A DNA stretch of 64,000 bases from Spirochaetia bacterium (GTDB lineage: Bacteria > Spirochaetota > Spirochaetia > SZUA-6 > Fen-1364): the NCBI GenBank assembly GCA_035542415.1, contig DATKLM010000076.1:8036-72035 (forward strand), given 5' to 3'. The translations under genes were made by a program, and so were the position numbers. Under the pieces are notes generated by a model. That model worked only from the letters and a program-made list of their open reading frames with translations. It made no database searches and was not told where the DNA came from. Positions 18,486 to 28,136 of the stretch are shown here, piece after piece. Every line of letters starts with the position of its first letter. Positions within the stretch are counted from its first letter, which is position 1.

Positions 18486-18506
18486 CGCGCGCCGCAGCGG
18501 CGCGCG
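18486..18506 (-). terminator. GC-only palindromic hairpin just downstream of the membrane-protein gene (CGCGCGCC-GCUGC-GGCGCGCG)
   Basis: 21-nt near-perfect palindrome with no U-tract. Role as terminator or attenuator is uncertain. Confidence 0.25.
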
Positions 18507-18535
18507 CTCAGGCCGCTCCTGCTCCCCGATTGCCC

Positions 18536-19180
18536 TCAGGCCGCCAGGGGAAGCGGCGCCGGGATGTGCGGTGAGCGACGTGGGTGCGGGTCCTCGTCCG
18601 CGCGGCGGCGGCGCGGCTCGGGAATGCGGCGGTACATGAGGAGGAACAGGCCGTAGATCACGGCGTTCTGCAGCGCGCCGGCAACGGCGATGGCAAGCGG
18701 CTCGCTGAGGAACGACACCCCGGCGATGCTCAGCGCGGAGCCGGCGAGCGACCCGAGCGCGTCCGCCATCCCGTAGCGGCGGTCGAATCCCGCCCGGTTC
18801 GCGCGGTACTTCTGCTCCTTCATCTTCTGCAGCAGATACACGACGGACGCCGAAAACACGCCCACCACCGCCATGGATGCGAGGTAGTACACGGCGAGGT
18901 CGACGGCGGCGACCAGCGCGACGGCAACCCCCGCGACGAGCTCGACGATCATGACGACGGGAAGCACGGCGTAGAGGCGGGAGAACAGCCGGCGGTTCCC
19001 CAGCGCCGCCCCAATGAGGAGCGGAAACACCGAGGACATGAACGAGCCGACGGCGATGACGCGCGCGTCGAGATGGGCGAGGATCACGCTGATGTACAGG
19101 GGATTCAGGAAGCCGTAGAAGAAGCTCGCAATGAATCCGCTGAGGACAAAAATATCCAGGAATGACTTCAGTTTTTTCAT
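18536..19180 (-). CDS. Hypothetical integral membrane protein (about 6 TM)
   Basis: Start at the ATG at 19180 ([11 protein letters not shown]...), preceded by a GGAGG SD. Hydrophobic throughout with an Arg-rich C-terminal tail. Confidence 0.6.
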   Translation of the reverse strand: MKKLKSFLDIFVLSGFIASFFYGFLNPLYISVILAHLDARVIAVGSFMSSVFPLLIGAALGNRRLFSRLYAVLPVVMIVELVAGVAVALVAAVDLAVYYLASMAVVGVFSASVVYLLQKMKEQKYRANRAGFDRRYGMADALGSLAGSALSIAGVSFLSEPLAIAVAGALQNAVIYGLFLLMYRRIPEPRRRRADEDPHPRRSPHIPAPLPLAA

Positions 19181-19398
19181 GGTCCACCTCCGTGGCATGC
19201 AGCAGGCGCACGAGAGGCGGATCGAGCCCCCCGCGCGCTAGGTCAACCTACCCCCAGGGTCGTCGGTGTGTTCCATTGAACCCTCCTGAGCGCACAGTGC
19301 TCGGGCTTGTCCGCGGTCAGTGCGCGGAACAGGCCCAGAGAAAAGGATAGTCCGGTTTCTCAGTATCGTCAATTTCCCAGGAATTGGGTTCCCGGGTC

Positions 19399-19800
19399 TC
19401 ACTCCAAGAGTCTCTTCTGTCCGCTGAGGGACTGGATCCGGCCGATTTTCTGCGACACCTCGAGGCACCCGAGGAACCTGCCCGTGGAATCCCGCAGGGC
19501 GAAGTACTGGATCAGGACCTTCTCTTTCTTGCCCTCGATGTCCATGTCCAGCCAGAACTCCGCGCTCTGCCGGGTGCCGGACTTCATCTCGGAAAGGATC
19601 CGCTCCACCTTGTCCACGCTCTTCTTGGGATGGCAGTTTCGGACGTCGCGTCCCAGCACGTTCGTGGCGCGGCGGAACAGGCGCGTCTCGTGTCGGTTCC
19701 ACGCCACGACCTTGTCGTCCCCGTCCGTTATGGAGAACTCCACCGGCAGCGTTTCCAGCAGCGCTTCCAGCATGGGGTCGGCCAGCTTTCCGATGAACAT
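19399..19800 (-). CDS. Stand-alone PAS domain protein (DUF438-associated PAS type)
   Basis: 133 aa. LPVEFSITDGDDKVVAWN...GRDVRNCHP...VLIQYFALRD resembles the PAS module found at the C-terminus of DUF438/hemerythrin proteins (from memory). Confidence 0.55.
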   Translation of the reverse strand: MFIGKLADPMLEALLETLPVEFSITDGDDKVVAWNRHETRLFRRATNVLGRDVRNCHPKKSVDKVERILSEMKSGTRQSAEFWLDMDIEGKKEKVLIQYFALRDSTGRFLGCLEVSQKIGRIQSLSGQKRLLE

Positions 19801-19854
19801 CCCTCACCTCCGAAAAAGTATCGCGAGGATTGTGTCCGGATGATCACATCGCTG

Positions 19855-20559
19855 TCAATCCGCGGCCTGCACGAGCCCCGCGAGCTCACTCCAGCTCGCA
19901 ATGGCCGCGTGCTCGATGCTGTCAGGCACCGCGGAGCGCGCCTGGAAGGCGATGGGAAACAGACCGGCTCCCCGGGCCCCCACGATGTCGTACCCCACGT
20001 TGTCTCCGGCGAACCATGCCTTGTCGGCGCTGATGCCCATTCTCAGCAGGGCCGCCTCGAAGATCAGTGCATCGGGTTTGCGGATCCCGTAGTCGGCGCT
20101 GGAGATGACGAACTCAAAGGCGTCGAGGATCCCCTGGCGGCGCAGCTCGCGCTCGATGGTGACGGCGGTGAAAGAAGAGTTGCTGATGACGCAGGAACGG
20201 ATCCCGCGCGCCCGAACGTCCGGCAGCATGCGCCGCACGCCGTCGATGAGGCTGATCTCCAGCGCGGCGTTCCAGAACTCCCATTCCAGCTCCTCCATTG
20301 ACTGACGGAAGCGCAGATCGAACGCGTCGGCGAGGATCCGAAAGAGCGAGGCCTGCGTGAACTCCAGGGCGGACTGCTCCTCCCGCTCGATCGTGGCGGA
20401 AACGACGCGGCGCCCCAGGTCCTGGACCTGTTCCAGCGACGCGCCGCGGGGATTCTCCGCGAGGGCGAGGACGGCGGCGTTGCCCTTCACCGGGTCGAAG
20501 GCCACCGAGCTGAAGAGCGTCCCCCAGAGATCGAAGAGAATCGCCTCGGGCCTGCGCAT
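19855..20559 (-). CDS. HAD-superfamily hydrolase, subfamily IA (haloacid dehalogenase-like motif I DLWGTL)
   Basis: FDLWGTLF motif I, SNSS motif II, GDNVGYD motif IV. Confidence 0.7.
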   Translation of the reverse strand: MRRPEAILFDLWGTLFSSVAFDPVKGNAAVLALAENPRGASLEQVQDLGRRVVSATIEREEQSALEFTQASLFRILADAFDLRFRQSMEELEWEFWNAALEISLIDGVRRMLPDVRARGIRSCVISNSSFTAVTIERELRRQGILDAFEFVISSADYGIRKPDALIFEAALLRMGISADKAWFAGDNVGYDIVGARGAGLFPIAFQARSAVPDSIEHAAIASWSELAGLVQAAD

Positions 20560-20623
20560 GGTCGTCAGATGCCTCCTCGTGATGCCCTGCCGAGTCCGGC
20601 GGGGGTGTCCGCAAATATACGCC

Positions 20624-20652
20624 TTGTCGAGGCGCCGGTCATCACGTAGAAT
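20624..20652 (+). promoter_or_regulatory. Predicted promoter (TTGTCG-N17-TAGAAT) ending 8 nt before the ATG at 20661
   Basis: Read directly, with no SD between the -10 and the ATG. Confidence 0.35.
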
Positions 20653-20660
20653 GGCGCGCG

Positions 20661-21428
20661 ATGGCCGAGCCTCCCAAGAGCTACCTCATCGACATGGACG
20701 GAGTGCTGGTCCGAGGGACGGACCCGATCACCGGCGCCGACACGTTTCTGTCGCGCCTGCGGGCACGCGGGGCGAAGTTCCTCGTGCTGACGAACAATCC
20801 GAAGTACACGCAGAAGGACCTCGCCTACCGGCTCAGCAGCGTCGGGTTGTCCGTGGAGCCGCAGTCCATCTTCACATCGGCCATGGCAACGGTGAGCTTC
20901 CTCACGTCGCAGAAGGGGAACGGCAAGGTCTTCGTCATCGGGGAAAGCGGCCTCACCGACCCGCTGCACGAGGCAGGGTTCATCATCACGGACATCGAGC
21001 CGTGGTACGTCGTTCTCGGAGAGACCAACTCCTACAACTTCCAGCTCATCACCACGGCGATCCGCCTCATCGAGAAGGGCTCGCGCTTCATCGCGACGAA
21101 TCCCGATCCGTCCGGGCCGGGGGACGGCGGTCTCGTTCCCGCCTGCGGCGCCATGGCGGCCCTCATCGAGAAAGCAACGGGCATCAGCCCGTTCTTCGTG
21201 GGGAAGCCCAACCCGCTCATGATGCGCACCGCGCTCAACTACCTGGGGGTTCATTCGGAAAACACGGTGATGATCGGGGACCGGATGGACACCGACATGG
21301 TGGCCGGGGTGGAGAGCGGCATGGAGACGGTGCTCGTCCTCAGCGGCGTCACGCGCCGAGAGGACGTGCAGAGGTACCCCTACCAGCCCGCCCGCATTGT
21401 GGGATCGGTGGCGGAGATCGAAGTCTAG
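20661..21428 (+). CDS. HAD-IIA family phosphatase (NagD/UMP phosphatase-like)
   Basis: [11 protein letters not shown] motif I, LTNN motif II, GKP...GDRMDTD motifs III/IV. Confidence 0.8.
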   Translation: MAEPPKSYLIDMDGVLVRGTDPITGADTFLSRLRARGAKFLVLTNNPKYTQKDLAYRLSSVGLSVEPQSIFTSAMATVSFLTSQKGNGKVFVIGESGLTDPLHEAGFIITDIEPWYVVLGETNSYNFQLITTAIRLIEKGSRFIATNPDPSGPGDGGLVPACGAMAALIEKATGISPFFVGKPNPLMMRTALNYLGVHSENTVMIGDRMDTDMVAGVESGMETVLVLSGVTRREDVQRYPYQPARIVGSVAEIEV

Positions 21429-21455
21429 GCTGCCACGGCGCGGGCGGCCGCCGCG

Positions 21456-23600
21456 CTACTTCGACGTGCGGTGGAACACGCCGTCCCAGCTCCTGGGCGG
21501 CGGGTTCTTCCTGAACTCGTCGATCCGGTCCAGGAAGACCTGGCTCGTCTCGTCCTTGAGCTCCTTGACGAGGGCCTCGAATCCCTTTGCCGCCTCCGCC
21601 CACTTCTGCTTGCGGTACAGCTCGAGGGACAGCTCGAACACCCTCTTCAGCTTCTCCAGCTTCTCCGCCGCTGACTTGGTCTCCTGGAGTACTTCGTAGA
21701 TCCGCACAGGCTTGGTCTTGCCCTTCACGGTCACGAGGTCGATCTCGCGGCACAGAATGACGTCCTGGACCTTCTCGTAGACGGACTCGGTGATGAGCGT
21801 CTTGGTTCCGTATTCCTTGTTCGTGCCTTCCAGGCGCGCGGCCAGGTTGACCGTGTCCCCGATGCTCGTGAAGTCCATCCGTTCCCTGGCACCCATGCTT
21901 CCAAAGACCACGGGTCCGGAGTTGATCCCGATGCCGATGGAGACGACGTCCGCGTGCTGGAGCTTCGCAAGCTCCTTTTCCTGGGCCATGGCCTTTCGGA
22001 TCTCGAGGCTCGCGCGGCACGCGTTCAGGTCCCTTTTCGGGCCCTCGAAAAACGCCATCATCTCGTCTCCGACAAACTTGTCGACCTCGCCATTGTTGGC
22101 CACGATGACCGAGTTCTGGATGTCAAGGTAGTGATTGAGCATTTGTACGACTTTGTCCGGGCTCATGGATTCCGAGATCGTTGTGAAGCCGCGGACATCC
22201 GTGAACAGGAACGTCAGATTTTTTCTTTCCGTGGTCGGTTTCTCCCGCTCGGAGTGTTTCAGGGTGGAGGCGGAGATGTAGGGAATTACTCCGCGGATTA
22301 CGCTGGTCATCCTGCTGACCTCGTTGGAGAGAAGCTTGATCTCGTCACGCGTGGTGACCCGGTCCTTGTACTCGAGCAGGCGTGCGTCAACTCTCTCCTT
22401 GCCGCTGATCATCCGTGAGAGCTTGTCCGAAATCGAAAAGACGCTCATTCTCAGGAAGAGAATGGGAAAGACGATGTTGCGGCCGAAGAGGTAGATGAGG
22501 AATACGGCCGCGTACATGAACAGCGCGGAGATCGTGAAGACCTTTACCTGCGTGCGGAAGTACGGTTCGTAGATCACGTCCCGCGCGTAGTCCACCTTCA
22601 CGAAGCCGATGAAGACGTTGCCCAGCATGACGGGGGAGAGGAACTCGTAGACCTTGTCCCGGGCATTGTACTGCGATCTCGCCTCCGTGAGCGGGGAATC
22701 CAGCTTCGTCCTCTGGCCGACCTTCTTCGAGTCAGTGCCGGACCACAGCTCGAAGTCGCCGGCCTTGGCATCACGGCGGTAGAACGAAAGCGTGTTGTAG
22801 CGGAACGAGGCTCCCGTTGCGGACGGCTTCTTGTTCTTGTCCGCCTGGGCGCGGAAATAGTCGTCCAGGGCGATGCGGTCCGTCGGGTTGGACTTGACCA
22901 CGACCGCCGCGCCCTCGGTCACGCTCTCGCCATTGGCAAAGACGGCCGCCAGGATGGTGCGGCTGAAATCCCGCAGGAGGAAGAATGCCAGGACCACGAT
23001 GATGACGAGGATGAGCGGCACAAAGGTGAGGATAAGCCGTCTCTGGATCCCCTGGCGCGGAACGACAGAGATGACGCCCTGCGCTTTGTCCTCGCCGCCC
23101 CGGCGGAACTCGAGATACTCCTGGTAGAAGGCATCACGCCGGCTGATGCTCATGATCAGCAGCACGAGGGAGAACGCGTTGAACGCGAGGGAAAGGAGAA
23201 GGACGGCATAGTTCGACGGCGAGGCGGCCTCGAAGTAGTGGGAGCTTCCCCCGAACCTGATGAAATGAATGACGATCATCGCGATGGCGAGCCCGGAGGA
23301 GATGATGTTTCCCAGGATCGGCAGGAACGCGGTCGGATCGGCAAAGGCCGGAAGCCGCTCCGCCAGGAAGAAGGAGGCGATCTTCCAGAGGCAGATGACG
23401 GGCAGGATCCACGCCATGATCGAGACGAGGAGCCACGCGACCGGTTGGCCCGGGGGAGTTCCGTAGAGCGTCCCGGCGAGCTTCAACGGGCTGAAGCTGC
23501 CGAACACGGGGCTGAGGAACGGAAGCACGTACCAGAGGATAATGATCAGGGAATACGCAATCTCCGCGGCGTGGTAACCGAGCTTCGACTTGACGTTCAT
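21456..23600 (-). CDS. Membrane-anchored class III adenylate/guanylate cyclase with periplasmic-like sensor region and HAMP-like linker
   Basis: Start at the ATG at 23600 (MNVKSKLGY...) with a GGAG SD. An N-terminal multi-TM block and a second TM pair are present. The catalytic core shows FTDVRGFT...GDEMMAFF...GINSGPVVFG...FTSIGDTVNLAARLE, with a C-terminal helical tail. Confidence 0.85.
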   Translation of the reverse strand: MNVKSKLGYHAAEIAYSLIIILWYVLPFLSPVFGSFSPLKLAGTLYGTPPGQPVAWLLVSIMAWILPVICLWKIASFFLAERLPAFADPTAFLPILGNIISSGLAIAMIVIHFIRFGGSSHYFEAASPSNYAVLLLSLAFNAFSLVLLIMSISRRDAFYQEYLEFRRGGEDKAQGVISVVPRQGIQRRLILTFVPLILVIIVVLAFFLLRDFSRTILAAVFANGESVTEGAAVVVKSNPTDRIALDDYFRAQADKNKKPSATGASFRYNTLSFYRRDAKAGDFELWSGTDSKKVGQRTKLDSPLTEARSQYNARDKVYEFLSPVMLGNVFIGFVKVDYARDVIYEPYFRTQVKVFTISALFMYAAVFLIYLFGRNIVFPILFLRMSVFSISDKLSRMISGKERVDARLLEYKDRVTTRDEIKLLSNEVSRMTSVIRGVIPYISASTLKHSEREKPTTERKNLTFLFTDVRGFTTISESMSPDKVVQMLNHYLDIQNSVIVANNGEVDKFVGDEMMAFFEGPKRDLNACRASLEIRKAMAQEKELAKLQHADVVSIGIGINSGPVVFGSMGARERMDFTSIGDTVNLAARLEGTNKEYGTKTLITESVYEKVQDVILCREIDLVTVKGKTKPVRIYEVLQETKSAAEKLEKLKRVFELSLELYRKQKWAEAAKGFEALVKELKDETSQVFLDRIDEFRKNPPPRSWDGVFHRTSK

Positions 23601-23685
23601 CCTTCCATCTCCTTGCACGGGAGCGCTCGCTGAGCCTCCTCGCGTGATTGTCCCGGTTGCGATCCGCGCGCCGGAGCGGAACGGC

Positions 23686-24954
23686 TTAGTACTGGTCGAG
23701 CAGCTTCTGCTTGGATCGCGCCTTGTCCAGGTAGTCTGACGCCTGCTCGTAGTCAACCTGGATGGCTACGACGGTCTGGAGCAGGTCGATGGCGGTCTTG
23801 AAGTCCTCGTCCCGGTACGACTGGACGCCCTTGTCGTAGATGTCCTTCAGGCTCGCGAGGATCTTCTCATTGCGGTCATCGAGCTGCTGCATGTTCCCCG
23901 GATCCTTCGTGACCTTGGCCAGCGCGTTCACCTTGCGGTGAGCGGCGACCAGCTCGCCGGCCCCGATCAGGCCGTCGATGTCCTGCATGGAGGCCTCGAA
24001 GGAGACCGCGGTCGCCGCCGGCTGCTGTGTCGTCTTCTGGTCCGCGATCTTGCGGCGCAGCGCCCGCGCCTCGTCCGTCTTCAGGGCGCTCAGGGCGGCT
24101 TCGTTCTTCACTTCCGCCGTCGTGTAGTCCTTCTTGTTGAACAGCGTCAGGGCCCACTTGTAGTTCAGCGTGTAGGTCACCTGGCGCACTTCGGTGTCGA
24201 AGCTGTTGTCCACCCGCCGGTTCAGGTCACTGAGGGCGCCCACCTGGGTGCGCGCGTCTCCGAAGCTCCCCGCGGCGATGGCCTTCTGGGCCTTGTCTAC
24301 CCGGCGCGTCACGAGCTTGGCCAGCTCCGCGCGCGCCGCGTTCTTCTGGTTCTGCGCATCGAAGCTCTTGGGCTCGATGTCGAGGGCCTTGTCGGTGTTC
24401 TGGAACGCTTCGGTGAACTGCTTCTCCCGCACGGTATCCGTGCTCTTGTCATCCACCTTGCCCGCGGCGGCTTTTGCCTTGGCAAGGTAGGAGGTCACGA
24501 GCGCGGACCGCACGCTCGCCGTGTCGTTGAGCATTTTCTGCGCTTCGGCATTGCCCGGGTCGATCCTGATGGCCGCCTGGAGGGAGACGAAGATGGCGTA
24601 GTTCTCGTCGTCGCTGCGCTTCTGCTTCTGCAGCCCCTTGGAGGCCGACTTCAGGCTCGCCCGGAGCTTCGCGTTCTTGTAGTCATCCACGAGGTTGAGG
24701 TACTGCTGTGCGCGGGCATTGTTGGCGTCGTATTTCAGGGCAACGACGAAATAGTTGCGGATGTCGGCGATCCTCTCGAACTCGGATTGCCGCACGAGGT
24801 GGATGTCGTACTCCTCGACGCCGGCTTCCGTGAGGGCCCGGGACTTTCCCTGATCATCAAGCTTCTGGAGGAGGAAGGAATCGTTGGGGCTGGTGGACTG
24901 GCACCCGAGAAACACCACCGCCGTCAGGCACGCCAGGACGATGAGCCTCTTCAT
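23686..24954 (-). CDS. Lipoprotein with TPR-like/all-helical repeats (hypothetical)
   Basis: Start at the ATG at 24954. MKRLIVLACLTAVVFLGC is a signal peptide with a lipobox. The rest is a Lys/Ala/Asp-rich helical repeat region. Confidence 0.65.
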   Translation of the reverse strand: MKRLIVLACLTAVVFLGCQSTSPNDSFLLQKLDDQGKSRALTEAGVEEYDIHLVRQSEFERIADIRNYFVVALKYDANNARAQQYLNLVDDYKNAKLRASLKSASKGLQKQKRSDDENYAIFVSLQAAIRIDPGNAEAQKMLNDTASVRSALVTSYLAKAKAAAGKVDDKSTDTVREKQFTEAFQNTDKALDIEPKSFDAQNQKNAARAELAKLVTRRVDKAQKAIAAGSFGDARTQVGALSDLNRRVDNSFDTEVRQVTYTLNYKWALTLFNKKDYTTAEVKNEAALSALKTDEARALRRKIADQKTTQQPAATAVSFEASMQDIDGLIGAGELVAAHRKVNALAKVTKDPGNMQQLDDRNEKILASLKDIYDKGVQSYRDEDFKTAIDLLQTVVAIQVDYEQASDYLDKARSKQKLLDQY

Positions 24955-25043
24955 ACTGACCGACCTCGTGGCTAAGAGTATAGCCCTAAAAGAGTGACCG
25001 GACAAGAGTTCCGGGAGCCCCGCATTGCCCCCCGGTTTCACGT

Positions 25044-25934
25044 CTATTTTCTTGCCGCTGAAGCTCTTGCAGACTGCAGCGTGTTGGACAAGAGCATCGC
25101 AATGGTCATGGGGCCGACGCCGCCGGGAACGGGGGTGATGGCCGAAGCCTTGAGGGAAACTTCGTCGAACTTCACGTCCCCGACCATGCGCTGGCCCCTG
25201 GGGTGGCCGGGATCGGCGATCCGATTGATGCCGACGTCGATGACCACGGCGCCGTCCCGGACCATGTCCGCCGTGACGAACAGGGGTTTGCCGATGGCCG
25301 CGATGAGAATGTCCGCCTGGCGCGTGATGGACGGCAGGTCGCGCGTGTGAGAATGGCACAGCGTGACCGTGGCGTCCGCGTTTTCTTCCTTCTGCATGAG
25401 CATGTTGGCGATGGGCTTTCCCACGATATTGCTTCTGCCCACGACCACGACGTGACTGCCGGGGATCTTCACTCCCGCTTCCGTGAGAAGCCTCTGGATG
25501 CCCAGCGGCGTGCAGGGCCGGAAACCCGTCTGCCCGGTCATGATCCTGCCGAGGCTGATCGGATGAAAGCCATCCACGTCTTTGTCCGGCGCGATGGCGT
25601 CGATCACCTTCTGCTCATCGATTGCGGCAGGGAGGGGCAGTTGGACAAGAATGCCGTTGATCCGCGGGTCATGGTTCAGCGTCTTCACGAGAGCGAGAAG
25701 CTCGCTCTCCGTCGTGCTTTCGGGCAGGTTGTGCTGCTCGGAATACATCCCGATCTCGTGCGCGGCCTTGTTCTTGTTGCGCACGTAGCTCTGGGAGGCG
25801 GGGTTCTCGCCGACGAGCACGACGGCGAGGCCGGGCGTCACGCCGGTCTGCTCTTTCAGCGCAACGATGCCGGCCGCCACCTCCTGGCGCACCTGTGCGG
25901 CGATCTTCGTCCCGTCAATGATCCGTGCTGCCAT
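25044..25934 (-). CDS. folD: Bifunctional 5,10-methylene-THF dehydrogenase / 5,10-methenyl-THF cyclohydrolase
   Basis: IIDGTKIA...VLVGENPASQSYVRNK...GRSNIVGKP...PVPGGVGPMT are canonical FolD motifs. Confidence 0.95.
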   Translation of the reverse strand: MAARIIDGTKIAAQVRQEVAAGIVALKEQTGVTPGLAVVLVGENPASQSYVRNKNKAAHEIGMYSEQHNLPESTTESELLALVKTLNHDPRINGILVQLPLPAAIDEQKVIDAIAPDKDVDGFHPISLGRIMTGQTGFRPCTPLGIQRLLTEAGVKIPGSHVVVVGRSNIVGKPIANMLMQKEENADATVTLCHSHTRDLPSITRQADILIAAIGKPLFVTADMVRDGAVVIDVGINRIADPGHPRGQRMVGDVKFDEVSLKASAITPVPGGVGPMTIAMLLSNTLQSARASAARK

Positions 25935-25947
25935 TGCCGCTCTCTCC

Positions 25948-26751
25948 TCACCCGGTTCCTTCGAGCTTGCCGGAGCGCTCCGCGGTGATATAGCCCATGC
26001 AGAACTGGTCCTTCCCGGCGAGCGCCTCGGCGGCGACGATCGTCGCCATCATGCGGGCGTCCAGCGGATCGATGATGGCCGAGTCCATTCCCTTCGTGAT
26101 GGCCATGGCGACGAAGACCTGGTTGAGGAGCTTCCGCCGGGGAAGCCCGTAGGAGATGTTGGACAAACCGCAGGTCTTGTGCACCTGGGGATGGCGCTCG
26201 CTGATCTTCTCCACGACTGCCAGGGCGCCCATGCCGTACTCGGGGTTCGTACTGACGGGCCGGATGAGAGGATCCACGAAGATGTGGTCCGGTGGCACCC
26301 CGTCGTCCTCCAGTCTCTTCACAAGGCTATCCGCAACGTCCCACACCTTGCTCATATCGTCCGTCATCCCCGCGTCGTCAAGGCTCAGGGCGACCACGCG
26401 CGCGCCGTAACGCTTGACCAGGGGGATCAGCGCCCCGTACCTCTCGGATTCCCCCGAGATCGAGTTGAGAAAAGGATCCGCACCGGCAGCAGCGAGCCCG
26501 GCCTCCACCGCCGCGGCGCGCGGAGAGTCGACGGACAGCGGCGCCTGTGTGACGCCGCGGATGCAGCTCACGAGCCACTGGATCTTGCCCACCTCGTCGT
26601 CCGGAAATGCCCCGGCGTTGACGTCGATCCAGTTCGCGCCGGCCTCGGCCTGCTTCCGGGCAAGGTCCTGGATGAACCCGGAATCCTTCTCCTGGATCGC
26701 CTTGCGGACTTGTTTCCGCGTGGAGTTGATCAGTTCACCAATGATGAGCAT
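25948..26751 (-). CDS. Methyltetrahydrofolate:corrinoid methyltransferase-like protein (pterin-binding domain, AcsE/MeTr-like)
   Basis: 267 aa. IIGELINSTRK...ANWIDVN...PLSVDS...NSIS...GLSNISYGLP resembles the pterin-binding TIM barrel of AcsE/MetH/MtrH-type methyltransferases. Confidence 0.65.
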   Translation of the reverse strand: MLIIGELINSTRKQVRKAIQEKDSGFIQDLARKQAEAGANWIDVNAGAFPDDEVGKIQWLVSCIRGVTQAPLSVDSPRAAAVEAGLAAAGADPFLNSISGESERYGALIPLVKRYGARVVALSLDDAGMTDDMSKVWDVADSLVKRLEDDGVPPDHIFVDPLIRPVSTNPEYGMGALAVVEKISERHPQVHKTCGLSNISYGLPRRKLLNQVFVAMAITKGMDSAIIDPLDARMMATIVAAEALAGKDQFCMGYITAERSGKLEGTG

Positions 26752-26794
26752 GCGCTGTTCCTTCTTGCGGGATGGTACGAACGGGTATCAGCGC

Positions 26795-26823
26795 ACTATA
26801 GGCGCCTGGCAGGGGCTCGTCAA
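26795..26823 (-). promoter_or_regulatory. Near-consensus internal promoter (TTGACG-N17-TATAGT) in the glyA / methyltransferase spacer
   Basis: Minus strand reads TTGACGagcccctgccaggcgccTATAGT. A second TTGACG lies about 15 nt further upstream. Confidence 0.45.
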
Positions 26824-26870
26824 GGATTTCGCGGAGACGTCAAGGGCGGGGCGCTGCGCCTTGCCCAGGA

Positions 26871-28118
26871 TCAATCCGTCGCGTCGAAGGAATAGGCGAC
26901 ATTGCAGAACCGGGAGCGCAGCTCCTTCACCTCGTCACCCACGAACTTCTTCTCCTTGAGGCAGCGCTTGAACAGGGACGCAATCTGCTCCATCTCCGGC
27001 TCTTTCATGCCCAAACGCGTCATCTCCTGGACTCCCAGGCGGATGCCCGCCGGGCTGAGGGCCTTGTCCAGGGTCTCGAAGGGAAGAAGGTTCATGTTCA
27101 CGATGATGCGGTTGTCCTTGAGGTCCCGCGCCGCGGCCTCCCCGCCCCCGCAGTCGCTCATGTCCACAGCCACCTGATGCGTCTCGGTGAATCCGAACTC
27201 CTCGGCCTGCACCCTGAAGCCGACGTCGTGGAGCTTGCGGGCGAAGTGCTTCGCGTTGGCAACCACCTGCCGGGCGTACTCCGCGCCGAACTCCAGCGTT
27301 TCGTAGGACGCGAAGGTGAGAGCGACGAGGGTCTCCAGGTGATGGTTCGACGACGAGCCGGGGAAGGCGCCCTTGTCGATCTTGCGCCACTCCTCGTCGT
27401 CGAGATTGGACAGGATCACGCCGCGCTGGGAGCCGAAGAACGTTTTGTGCGTGCTGCCGGTGACGATGGTTGCGCCTTCTGCCAGAGGATCCTGAAACAC
27501 CCCGCCGGCGATCAGGCCGAGCACGTGAGCCCCGTCATAGATGAGCTGGATCCCTTTCTTGCGGCAGTACGGCGCGATCTCCTTCACCGGCTCCGGAAAC
27601 AGGAAGAGGCTCTTGCCCATGATCATGATCTTGGGGTCGAAGGCCTTCATGATGTCGAGCGTCCGCTCCACGTCGATGTGCCAGCCGTCCGCCGTGAGAG
27701 GAAAGTTGACGATGTTCCGCGTGTACTTCCCCACCGAGCCGGCCCGGTGATGGCTGATGTGCCCGCCGGCCGGTGTGGAGTTCACCATGACGATGTCGCC
27801 CCACTTGATGTAGCGGCTGAAGACGGCGTCGTTCGCAATGGTCCCGCTGATGGGCCGCACGTCGGCGTGCTTGCAATGGAAGATTGTCTTCATGTTCTGC
27901 TTGAGGAGCGTTTCGATCTCGTCGATGATCTCCGTTCCCTGGTAGTAGCGCTCTCCGGGATGGCCCTCCGCGTAGCGATGAGCGAAGTCGGATCCCATGA
28001 TCCCGCGCACGCGCCGGCTCGTGACGTTCTCACTGGCGATCAGGTTGATGCAGGTTCCGCGCCAGTCGTTCTGATCCTTGACCAGCGCCTCGATGTGGGA
28101 AACGTTGCGTTCGTACAT
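26871..28118 (-). CDS. glyA: Serine hydroxymethyltransferase
   Basis: 415 aa. INLIASEN...YAEGHPGERYYQG...TGSTHKTF (PLP Lys) motifs. Confidence 0.9.
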   Translation of the reverse strand: MYERNVSHIEALVKDQNDWRGTCINLIASENVTSRRVRGIMGSDFAHRYAEGHPGERYYQGTEIIDEIETLLKQNMKTIFHCKHADVRPISGTIANDAVFSRYIKWGDIVMVNSTPAGGHISHHRAGSVGKYTRNIVNFPLTADGWHIDVERTLDIMKAFDPKIMIMGKSLFLFPEPVKEIAPYCRKKGIQLIYDGAHVLGLIAGGVFQDPLAEGATIVTGSTHKTFFGSQRGVILSNLDDEEWRKIDKGAFPGSSSNHHLETLVALTFASYETLEFGAEYARQVVANAKHFARKLHDVGFRVQAEEFGFTETHQVAVDMSDCGGGEAAARDLKDNRIIVNMNLLPFETLDKALSPAGIRLGVQEMTRLGMKEPEMEQIASLFKRCLKEKKFVGDEVKELRSRFCNVAYSFDATD

Positions 28119-28136
28119 CCTTCAGTGTCCTTTCAC

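Noticed and set aside
18399-19211. A 271-aa N-terminal extension of the glnS ORF (listed as 16656-19211).
   Set aside because: The extension is Arg/Pro/Gly-rich and overlaps a well-supported membrane-protein gene (18536-19180) in another frame. It also precedes the canonical GlnRS N-terminus, which starts at the ATG at 18398.
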